The translations under genes and the position numbers were made by a program. From a virus: a stretch of 64,000 nt of DNA. The stretch lies in IMG/VR virus record IMGVR_UViG_3300009296_000199; one strand, given 5' to 3'. Each line of letters opens with the position of its first letter. The stretch's first letter is position 1. The notes beneath the pieces were generated by a model. It saw only the letters and a program-made list of their open reading frames with translations, was not told the DNA's origin and made no database searches. Positions 36,184 to 43,881 of the stretch are shown here, one piece after another.

Positions 36184-39100
36184 CTATTGCGCCTGGTACA
36201 GCGACATCCGGCACGAGCCGGCGACCAGGAAATTTAAGTCCGCGTTCGAGAACAGCCCGAGGCTCGTCAAATCTACGCCGGAGCCGAGGTTCATCCTAAG
36301 GCCGACGCTGCCGCGGTGCATCTGCTCGACGGCGCTTTGGTTGGTGATCGTGTACCAGCCCACCGCATGCGGAAAGCCTGCGTTGACCTTGCCCGTGATG
36401 ATGATGCAGCCGGAGACCTCGACGCTGGAGCCGCCTCCCGGGAACACCTTGAGAATCTTGGCCATGGCAAAGGTAGACCCCTCATCGTCCTGCGTGACTC
36501 CCTGCTGGTCGGTCAGCATGTATTGCTGCAGGGTCGTCGGAGCTGCGCCGTTCAATCGGAGCGCTACCCAGTTCGGCCCAGCGCCGTTGCTGGCCAGCGA
36601 AAGTTCGAACATCAGCATGTAGCTGCGACGCGTATTGAGGCTGAGGCCGGTGAAGTCAGGCGTGAATGTTTGGCCGAAGCTGCCGTTGGTCAGATTGGCG
36701 ACCAATGTCCAATTGCCTGCGCCGCCCGCGGCCGCGATGGTGATCTTGTTGCCGGGCGCGTCCTGGGTGAGCGCGATTCCCGATCCTGCTTCGAGTTTTA
36801 CGTCGCCCGAAAGAGGGCCTGCCTCGCCGAGCTTCCTGACGCCGGAGACCAGAGTCCTGGCGACGATGTTCGGGGTGGTAGCTCCCGAGTTGTCGTTGAT
36901 GGACGCGGTCTTATTCCCCGCGATGACGTTTCCCCCGGAGGCGGCGTTCCCGTTCAGGGTGATGTCCTTCTCGCAGTGGTTTCCCACCACGACGCAATCG
37001 CTCATCTCGCCCTGGATCAGGATCGAATCGGTGCCGAAGGTGTTCTCCCGGAAAACGTTGTCGGCGACGACGGACTGCCGGATGTTGGCACTGAGCGTGA
37101 CCAGCAGGCCCCTGTTCCCCACGCACCGATTGCCCTCGATGCTGCCCTTAACGAATGTGGACGCCACGCGGAGAGGGACGTTGCCGGCGTTCGCCGAATC
37201 CGGCCAGACGATGGTATTTCCCTTGCAGACGATATTCGTGCCGCCAAGGTCGATACCTGCGGGGTGGCCCAACGCGGCCTGCTTCTCGATGTAGTTGTTG
37301 AGGATGAAGGAGTCCGACCAGGTCGAGGACTCCACCAGCGCTTGACAGTCGATGGCCTCGCAGTCGCGAATCCAGACGCGTTTGACGGTGCCGGCACCGC
37401 CGATGGAAATTACGGTCGTGCAGGTCAGGAACTTGATCCGCTCGAAAACCATGTTGCTCCAGACCGTCGCGGCCGGAACGCTGAAGAAGAGGAAATTGGC
37501 CTGGTTGCTGCCGCCGACGTACTCGAAATCCGACATGACGATCTTTTCGAGCGTGCCGGACGCAGGACCCCGGAACGGCGCTGCACCGGGAGCAAAAGTC
37601 GGGTCCAGCGTGATCCTGGTCGACTTGCCTTGGCCCATGAAATTGAGGGGCTTGGAAGCGGGCAAGGTGATGTTGCCGTTCAGGACATAATTGCCCTCGC
37701 GCAGGATGACGGAGCCGCCTGAGGCCGGCAATGAGTTGACGGCGTTCTGGATGTTCGTCGTATCGGTGGCCGCCACCCCGGTCGGGGCCGCCACGATGAC
37801 GGTCGAATAACCGCCGCCTCCGCCGCCTGCGGCCGCAATCGTTATCTTTTTGTTCGGGCCATCCTGAGTGAGCGCGATGCCCGAGCCGGCTTCGAGTTTA
37901 ACGTCGCCGGTCAGCGGGCTCGCCTCGCCCAGCTTGCGCAGGCCGCTCAAGAAGGTCGAGGCGATGACGTCGCTAGAGGTCCCGCCCTGGATGGATGAGG
38001 CCCTGTTCGCTATCACGACGTTGTTGCCCGACGGTCCTGCCGTCGGAAGGTCAACGAGAAGATCCAATTTATTTCCGACGATGACGTTGTTGCTGACCTC
38101 GCCCTTGCCGGTCAGGACGATGCTCTTGAGGATCAGCGGGTCGACGTCATGGTTGACGTTGTCGGCCACGACGTTGTGCCGGAACACCGCGCCGGCCGGC
38201 GTAAAACCCAGGAAGGCCAGCAGGCCTTGATAGCGGACCAGGTTGCCCTGGATGACGCAGCGCTCAAGGCTGTCGCGGATGCCGATCGCGCCCTCGCCTA
38301 TGGTGCCGGCTTGGAGGAAGAACTGGTTTCCCTCGATGACGTGCTGCTCGCCGCGAAGCCAGAGGACCGAGTCCGTCTTGTTGATGTCGTTGAAGGTCTT
38401 GTTGTCGCGGATCGTGAATCGCTGGAAAGTGCCTGAGCCGAGCATCAGCACGAGCTTGTCGCCCAGGTTCGTCTCGCACCCGGATATCTCCACGCTCTTG
38501 ATGGTTGTTCCCGCGGCGGGATTGGCGTGGAGATGTCGGCTCGAGCGGTTGCCGTGGACACGGAGTATCTTGATGTTCTCGAAGACCTGGCCGGTGGTCG
38601 GGGCCAACTCCAGGACGCCCGAGCCGCTGTTGGTTCCATCAACGAGGAAATCGCAGAGCACGAGGCCCGAGACGTTACCTGCGGCTGGGCCCTTGAAGAT
38701 GCCGAGCATGAACACGGACGGCGCGTCCGCCAGCACCGTGCCGCGTCCCTGGCCCACGATCCAGACCGGCTTGGCGGAGGGCAAGAGGATCTGCGCGTTG
38801 ATCGCGTAGGTGCCCTCGCGCAGGACCACGGTCCCGCCCGCGGGGGGAAGGCCGTTGATCGCGGCCTGGATGTTGGCCGTATCGGTTGCCGCGATGCCGG
38901 TAGGAGCTGCGACTACGACCGTGGCGTAGCCGGCGGCTCCGCCTCCCGCCGCGTTGATCGTCACGTCCCCTGTGCCATCGGGCGGACTGATCGTGATGTT
39001 GGTCCCGGCTACGATCTTCGAAACGGAGGTCCGGGCCGTGTTCGCGGCCGGGACCGAGATCGCACCGTTAACCGTCGTGTTCCCGTCGTCGGTGTAGATC

Positions 39101-39510
39101 GCCGTGGATTCCCCTACGACCGAAGCGAGGAATTTCTCCTGGCCGGAGAGGGTAGACTTGTAAATCTTGTAGCTGGTGGCTCCCTTGACCGTTTCCCAGG
39201 AGAGAATGATGGGAACGGGACTCGCCGACTCGGTGACCTGCGCCTCGATCGCGTCCGGGATCTTGCCTTCCGTGGTCTCGCCCGCCGCGTTGACCGCCGT
39301 GATCTTGTAGAAGTAGGTCGTGCTCCCAAGGAGATTCGCCCCGACCGCCCCGCTGCCGAGCGACACGGACAGCGTGCGCGGAGGGCGCAGCGTCGCCTGT
39401 TGGGCGTGCTGGTCCACCGCGTCCAGGTTGGCGTTGGCCCCCTGGCCCCAATTGATGTCGCCGGTGTCGCGCTTGGAGAGCTTAAGCTTGTCTGTCAGTG
39501 ATTCAGCCAT
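36184..39510 (-). CDS. spike/depolymerase-like protein with two parallel beta-helix modules
   Basis: 1108 aa; two DT.NIQ.A...GG.V.LREG.Y starts each followed by Asn-ladder repeats, with a repeated GDVKLEAGSGIALTQD linker. Confidence 0.8.
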   Translation of the reverse strand: MAESLTDKLKLSKRDTGDINWGQGANANLDAVDQHAQQATLRPPRTLSVSLGSGAVGANLLGSTTYFYKITAVNAAGETTEGKIPDAIEAQVTESASPVPIILSWETVKGATSYKIYKSTLSGQEKFLASVVGESTAIYTDDGNTTVNGAISVPAANTARTSVSKIVAGTNITISPPDGTGDVTINAAGGGAAGYATVVVAAPTGIAATDTANIQAAINGLPPAGGTVVLREGTYAINAQILLPSAKPVWIVGQGRGTVLADAPSVFMLGIFKGPAAGNVSGLVLCDFLVDGTNSGSGVLELAPTTGQVFENIKILRVHGNRSSRHLHANPAAGTTIKSVEISGCETNLGDKLVLMLGSGTFQRFTIRDNKTFNDINKTDSVLWLRGEQHVIEGNQFFLQAGTIGEGAIGIRDSLERCVIQGNLVRYQGLLAFLGFTPAGAVFRHNVVADNVNHDVDPLILKSIVLTGKGEVSNNVIVGNKLDLLVDLPTAGPSGNNVVIANRASSIQGGTSSDVIASTFLSGLRKLGEASPLTGDVKLEAGSGIALTQDGPNKKITIAAAGGGGGGYSTVIVAAPTGVAATDTTNIQNAVNSLPASGGSVILREGNYVLNGNITLPASKPLNFMGQGKSTRITLDPTFAPGAAPFRGPASGTLEKIVMSDFEYVGGSNQANFLFFSVPAATVWSNMVFERIKFLTCTTVISIGGAGTVKRVWIRDCEAIDCQALVESSTWSDSFILNNYIEKQAALGHPAGIDLGGTNIVCKGNTIVWPDSANAGNVPLRVASTFVKGSIEGNRCVGNRGLLVTLSANIRQSVVADNVFRENTFGTDSILIQGEMSDCVVVGNHCEKDITLNGNAASGGNVIAGNKTASINDNSGATTPNIVARTLVSGVRKLGEAGPLSGDVKLEAGSGIALTQDAPGNKITIAAAGGAGNWTLVANLTNGSFGQTFTPDFTGLSLNTRRSYMLMFELSLASNGAGPNWVALRLNGAAPTTLQQYMLTDQQGVTQDDEGSTFAMAKILKVFPGGGSSVEVSGCIIITGKVNAGFPHAVGWYTITNQSAVEQMHRGSVGLRMNLGSGVDLTSLGLFSNADLNFLVAGSCRMSLYQAQ

Positions 39511-39522
39511 TTGTCGTTATCC

Positions 39523-39948
39523 TCAAAAGCCGAACGGCTCTGCACCGAACGGAGCCTCGCCCCAGCCCCTCATCGGAGAGCCCCAAGGACGAGAGTTGAA
39601 GGGCATAAGATCAAACCCACCCGCGTCAGGCTGGCCATAAGGCCCGACGCCGAACGCGCCGTCACCCCAGCCGGATTCCTCCACAGCGACCAAGACGTAG
39701 TGCCGGTTGGGGCCCGCGTCGGGAGCGGTGTCGTCGAACTGGAACGTCGCCGGTCCAATGGTTTTCTCATCGGCTATTCGGACCCCCAGCTCGCCGGGGA
39801 CAGCCGACTTGTATAGCCGGTATCCCTTGATGCGCCGGTTCTGCTTGACCACGGTCGGAAAATCCGACCAAGCCAGCCGGATGAAGGTCGGCTCGACCGT
39901 AGCCACCCGAAAGTTGGGCGGCGGGGGAAGCGGAAAAGGAAAGGCCAC
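39523..39948 (-). CDS. small FN3-like structural protein with Gly/Phe/Trp tail
   Basis: IRLAWSD..GYRLYK..HYVLVAVE, then GxxxFG/WG repeats. Confidence 0.6.
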   Translation of the reverse strand: MAFPFPLPPPPNFRVATVEPTFIRLAWSDFPTVVKQNRRIKGYRLYKSAVPGELGVRIADEKTIGPATFQFDDTAPDAGPNRHYVLVAVEESGWGDGAFGVGPYGQPDAGGFDLMPFNSRPWGSPMRGWGEAPFGAEPFGF

Positions 39949-39951
39949 ACG

Positions 39952-40152
39952 TTATCTCCGCCCCTTCGGCTTCGGGGCCGGCTCATCTGCCATGTCCTCG
40001 TAGCCCAGATTGACGAGGTACTGCCTGGATTCCGGCAGCTTCACCTCGCAGATTCCGTCCACGACGGGGACAGCCCCCTCGCTATACAGAGCCTCGTACA
40101 TAGGATGGTCCCTGCTGCCAAACGGCGGCTCTTTCTTCCGCAGTCGAAACAT
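39952..40152 (-). CDS. hypothetical protein
   Basis: 66 aa directly after the capsid gene, in-operon spacing. Confidence 0.55.
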   Translation of the reverse strand: MFRLRKKEPPFGSRDHPMYEALYSEGAVPVVDGICEVKLPESRQYLVNLGYEDMADEPAPKPKGRR

Positions 40153-40162
40153 CGGGCCCCCC

Positions 40163-41062
40163 TTACAGCGTCACACCGGCCAGCCGCGACGCCTTGATGT
40201 CGTTGGCCAGAACCAGAGCGAGGTCCTCGTAGATGTCAAACTCGCCGCCCTGCGAGGACTTCTGCGCCAGGCGCAGCATCCGCAGCGGGGTGAGCTCGCC
40301 GATCCAGACCGCGCTCGTGTCCAGGATGTGGATGTCGGTCGCGGCGTTGGACGTTCCCTGCGTCTGGGTGTCCGAGACCCAGATCGAGCGGAAGATCGGA
40401 ATCCCGTTGTAGACCTGCACCCGGAATCCGCCCTTGACCTCCATCGTGTCCACGAAGCGTTGCTGGGCCTGGAGCAAGCTGTTGAGCTTGCGGTTGGCCT
40501 TCTTGGACATGACCAGCATGCTCGGGTTGCCGCGGTTCAAGTCGATGGCCTGGTCGAGCAGGTCGAGGGTGAGCGGCGCGCCGTTGGCCCCAGCCACGAC
40601 CACCTGGCCGCCGGGGATGAGCTTGCGCAGCCCGTTGAACTGCTTCGGGTTGACGGCCGAGTCGCCGTTGATGAGTGCGTTCTCTTCCGAGTCGCGCACA
40701 TTTTGCAGGCCGTTATCGACTTCCTCCGCTTCGATATCGAGCAGGGTCTTGCCCACCGCCTGGAGCTTGCGCGTGACCTTGCGCCGGTCCAGGATGGTCT
40801 GGTAGGGGAAGGTCTTCTGCCCGTAGGCCCCCTGGTTCTCGACCGGCTCCTCGGTGTCGTTGACGAATCCCGCCCCCGCGCCACGCGAGGTCCTCTGGTT
40901 GAGGACCCACGCGGAGCCGGAGCCCGGCTTGCGCGGCAGGTTCACCCGCAGCGGGTTGTTGACCTCGATGAGTTCCTGGAGTACGCGGTCGACGAGGGGC
41001 TGCTGTAGTGCCCCTCCGCTCGCCATGTCCAAGGCCTTCTTGAGCTGTGTCAGATCGTTCAT
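40163..41062 (-). CDS. major capsid protein (HK97-type fold)
   Basis: GAGGAGG RBS; follows protease/scaffold; KQFNGLRK, DLLDQAID, VYNGIPI patterns; 299 aa. Confidence 0.85.
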   Translation of the reverse strand: MNDLTQLKKALDMASGGALQQPLVDRVLQELIEVNNPLRVNLPRKPGSGSAWVLNQRTSRGAGAGFVNDTEEPVENQGAYGQKTFPYQTILDRRKVTRKLQAVGKTLLDIEAEEVDNGLQNVRDSEENALINGDSAVNPKQFNGLRKLIPGGQVVVAGANGAPLTLDLLDQAIDLNRGNPSMLVMSKKANRKLNSLLQAQQRFVDTMEVKGGFRVQVYNGIPIFRSIWVSDTQTQGTSNAATDIHILDTSAVWIGELTPLRMLRLAQKSSQGGEFDIYEDLALVLANDIKASRLAGVTL

Positions 41063-41104
41063 TGCTGTTTCCTCCTCGCCAGACGTCCCGATTCCCGGGA
41101 CGCC

Positions 41105-42139
41105 TTACCCCTGCTGGAGAGCCAGGGCCACCCTGAGCTTGCGCTCAGGTGTCAGGCTCTCGAATTGCTTCCTCACGTCGTCTTGCTCGACGTCCGGCTG
41201 GACGAGTCCCTTGCGGAGCGTCGGGATCGCCTTGAGGGCGGCCTCGACCTGCCGGGCCACCTCGCCCGAAATCATCTTGCTGAGCTCATCGCGGCCCACC
41301 ATCTTGGGGGCGGGCTGAGGCGCGACCGCGGGCGGCGCGGGTGCAGGCTCAGCCGCCAGGATCGCCTTGACCTGCTCGGCCAGCGGTCCGGCCTGGCCGC
41401 CCAGCGCAGCGATCTTGTCTAAGATCACGCGGGCGGACTCCGGCTTGGGCGGCGCGGACTTTGAAACTTCCGCCGGCTGCGGAGCGACTTCCGGCTTGGC
41501 GGCCTCGGGCTTCGGTGCCTCGGCGGCCGGTGCTGCGGACTGGGGAGGGTCTCCGGCCTCGGGCCGTAGCTCCTCGATGACGACTTGTTCCTCGGGCATG
41601 TGGATTCCTCCTTGCGGCTTTTGATCGTTGGCTTCGAGAGCCTTCGAGACGTACCACCCGACGGCGCGGGCCTCCGGGTTGGCGGGGACCGAGACCACGG
41701 ACACTTCGACGAGCGTCATCTTCTTGATGACGTTGACCGTCCGGTTGAGCTCGGGCATGAACTTGCGCTCGCGTTCGAGCACCTGGCCGCGGATCGAAAA
41801 CTTGTTGAGTACGCCCTCCTTGATCTTCTGGATGATCTCTCCTTCGGTCTTGGAGATGAGGGCGTCGATGAGAAGGCCGTTGCGGTCGAAATTGACCTTG
41901 GTGACGCGGCCGATGGGTCGCTTGAAATCGTGGTTGAGAAGGACCGTGGAGTTCTTGATGAGGTCCGCTGCCGAGTCGGCCAGGGCTTCCTCGGTGATCA
42001 CGTCGCCCTGGAGGTCGAAGTCGGTGGTGGCGGCGTAGCCCACGATGTGGAACTCGCCGTTCTCCTCCACAGCCTTGAGCAGGCTGATGGGAAAATCGAA
42101 GGGCACCGCCCGCTCCGCGACCGCCGTCATGTTTTCCAT
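41105..42139 (-). CDS. prohead protease with C-terminal scaffold region
   Basis: IVGYAAT..DLQGDVI, LLNHD..PIG, LNKFSIRG, LVEVSVVSVPANPEA, followed by a Pro/Ala-rich linker and helical end. Confidence 0.9.
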   Translation of the reverse strand: MENMTAVAERAVPFDFPISLLKAVEENGEFHIVGYAATTDFDLQGDVITEEALADSAADLIKNSTVLLNHDFKRPIGRVTKVNFDRNGLLIDALISKTEGEIIQKIKEGVLNKFSIRGQVLERERKFMPELNRTVNVIKKMTLVEVSVVSVPANPEARAVGWYVSKALEANDQKPQGGIHMPEEQVVIEELRPEAGDPPQSAAPAAEAPKPEAAKPEVAPQPAEVSKSAPPKPESARVILDKIAALGGQAGPLAEQVKAILAAEPAPAPPAVAPQPAPKMVGRDELSKMISGEVARQVEAALKAIPTLRKGLVQPDVEQDDVRKQFESLTPERKLRVALALQQG

Positions 42140-42147
42140 GTCCCCCC

Positions 42148-42193
42148 AAAAAGAAAAAAGCGCCGCCGGGCCCCGGAGGGCCTGACAGCGCTT
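42148..42193 (-). terminator. putative rho-independent terminator upstream of the protease gene
   Basis: AAGCGC..GGCCC-TCCG-GGGCC..GCGCTT followed by TTTTCTTTTT on the minus strand. Confidence 0.55.
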
Positions 42194-42223
42194 CGATTGA
42201 GCTCGACCGCGCTTACGTCAAAA

Positions 42224-42403
42224 CTATTCCGCCGCGAGGCGGTTCAAATCCTTCGGCAACAACACTTCCTGCTTCTTGACCCGCACGACTTGTCCATCAT
42301 GCCAGTGCAACTCGGTGATGCCGAAGAAGCGGCTCTTCTGGATCTGCGTCACGAACTTCCAGAGGGCTTCGTCTAGGATCTCCGGCTCGCGCGGTTCAGG
42401 CAT
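42224..42403 (-). CDS. small DUF2292-like protein
   Basis: FFGITELHWHDGQVVRVKKQE pattern; 59 aa. Confidence 0.6.
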   Translation of the reverse strand: MPEPREPEILDEALWKFVTQIQKSRFFGITELHWHDGQVVRVKKQEVLLPKDLNRLAAE

Positions 42404-42434
42404 CGCACATATTTTGACGCATAGAGCCGCAGGT

Positions 42435-42460
42435 GTCCATAAACAGTCAAACTGTTGACA
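42435..42460. promoter_or_regulatory. 26-bp repeated operator, copy 2
   Basis: GTCCATAAACAGTCAAACTGTTGACA; 25/26 identical to 51085-51110; contains AACAGT-N3-ACTGTT. Confidence 0.7.
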
Positions 42461-42569
42461 CTCCGACGAGGTTTTGGCGTGTGTCCCAGACAAAGAGGTA
42501 AAATCATGATTCGCGATCATGCATGGGGCACTGCACGACAGCCAAGATGACTGGTTCGGATTGTGCCCG

Positions 42570-42603
42570 TGCGGCAGGCATCCGGCTCATCGTAGCGTTG
42601 GCC
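42570..42603 (+). other. partial attC site (3' half)
   Basis: CGGCTCATCGTAGC-GTTGGCC parallels the 3' arm CGCTCATCCATCC-GTTAGGC of the next attC; no matching 5' arm. Confidence 0.5.
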
Positions 42604-42610
42604 AATCGAT

Positions 42611-43087
42611 ATGGAGCTAATGAAGAAATTCAAGGAAATCGTTGAGCACCTCCAGTGGTGGTGGGCACTGATAATCGCCATCCCCGGAGCGACTGCTTAC
42701 TGGGCCTACGTCGGGAAAATTCCGGGTCCAATCATATTGACAATAGTGCTTCTGGTCGCGGCCTCTGTGTTTCTGATTGTCGTCCTCTTCAATTACTGCA
42801 AAAACCCGCCTCCAATTGTTGGCCCATCCTTTACGCACGGGGGAGTGAAATGGACCCCAGTCCTGTACAACGCTGGAAAACCAACCGCAACGATTCAGGT
42901 TGGTGATCCATTGTGCTTGGAATGCGGGGCGCCACTTTTCGTCAAGAATGCTAGGACTGCCGAGTGCCCAACAGAAGCGTGCAAGCAGGAAGTGTATTCC
43001 TTCCAAGACTCAATCGCTGACACGAAAGAAAAGGCCAGAAGGGATGCCATTGGCAGAAGTGGCAGAAAAGAATTGAAATTTGGATGA
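42611..43087 (+). CDS. cassette gene 1: two-TM membrane protein with Zn ribbon
   Basis: Antisense to the phage operon, AT-richer; two hydrophobic segments, CLEC..CPTEAC; stop 2 nt before attC. Confidence 0.75.
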   Translation: MELMKKFKEIVEHLQWWWALIIAIPGATAYWAYVGKIPGPIILTIVLLVAASVFLIVVLFNYCKNPPPIVGPSFTHGGVKWTPVLYNAGKPTATIQVGDPLCLECGAPLFVKNARTAECPTEACKQEVYSFQDSIADTKEKARRDAIGRSGRKELKFG

Positions 43088-43089
43088 TG

Positions 43090-43194
43090 GCTTAACGGAT
43101 TGAGCGGACGGGCGCATGGAGAGAATTAGGAAAACCTGGGTGGACTCGCCGCGGCTGCTTGAAAGTGCGCCCGCCGCTCATCCATCCGTTAGGC
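43090..43194 (+). other. integron attC recombination site
   Basis: GCTTAAC (RYYYAAC) ... GTTAGGC (GTTRRRY); arms GAGCGG-A-CGGGCGCA / TGCGCCCG-CCGCTC with an unpaired base at the usual position. Confidence 0.85.
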
Positions 43195-43207
43195 ACACAG
43201 GATTTAA

Positions 43208-43795
43208 ATGAAGAGGAGCGCGATAGTAGATGCCGACGATTTGGCAACCGAATTGCACAAAGAAATCACTCGTTCCGAATTGGCATTGGCGTTTCGCAGG
43301 CTTGTTCTAACTCCACTACATACGAACACTTCGTTTCAGGCCGATTGTCGTGGGGCCTACAATCACATGGCAGTATCGACACTCAACTTGGCCTTCATAA
43401 CAATTGCGCGCTTGTTCGACCGGCCAAAAGGACGCCACTCTATCACCCTTCAATTCCTAATTGAGCGAATCAGAGATTTGTCGGCCAACAACGCGCGAAT
43501 AAATTCCGATGCCGAGAAGCATCTCCAAACGATAACGGATGTGCGTCTCAAGCTGTCACACCTGCGGAACAACGCAATTGCTCACAGGAATATTACCGAC
43601 GATGTGAGTCCTGTTTCATGGGATCTTCTCGAAGAAGTTCTAGACGACGCTCGGAAGATATTTGATTGGTGTGGAAGTGAGCGGGGACAAGCGTATTCAT
43701 ACTCCACCCACTTGCGAGGTTATAGAGGGGACTGCAGGCGATTGCTTGAGGCATTGGTTAATAAAGCGCCTCAGCCGGGGCCGAATTGTGCCTAA
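43208..43795 (+). CDS. cassette gene 2: HEPN-domain (AbiU2-like) protein
   Basis: All-helical; ITIARLFD..HSITL; LRNNAIAH (R-x5-H). Its stop TAA is part of the attC core GCCTAAC. Confidence 0.75.
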   Translation: MKRSAIVDADDLATELHKEITRSELALAFRRLVLTPLHTNTSFQADCRGAYNHMAVSTLNLAFITIARLFDRPKGRHSITLQFLIERIRDLSANNARINSDAEKHLQTITDVRLKLSHLRNNAIAHRNITDDVSPVSWDLLEEVLDDARKIFDWCGSERGQAYSYSTHLRGYRGDCRRLLEALVNKAPQPGPNCA

Positions 43796-43881
43796 CCATC
43801 GGATAGAGCCGCCGGGCGCCCTAGAGGAGCGCCAATATCCGCGGCGGCAGATCCTCAGCATTATGAATCTTATGGCGCGCG
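43790..43881 (+). other. truncated attC site
   Basis: GCCTAAC-CATC-GGATAGAGCCG-C-CGGGCGCC 5' arm is intact; the 3' arm stops after GGCGC at the stop codon of the phage methylase gene. Confidence 0.65.

Noticed and set aside
43778-43790. Dam-like gene at 2352 being part of the prophage methylase set (coordinates of comparison not local)
   Set aside because: It lies left of the inferred junction and terminator in a separate operon, and its motif context (KWAGGK) differs from the head-operon domains; treated as a separate locus.
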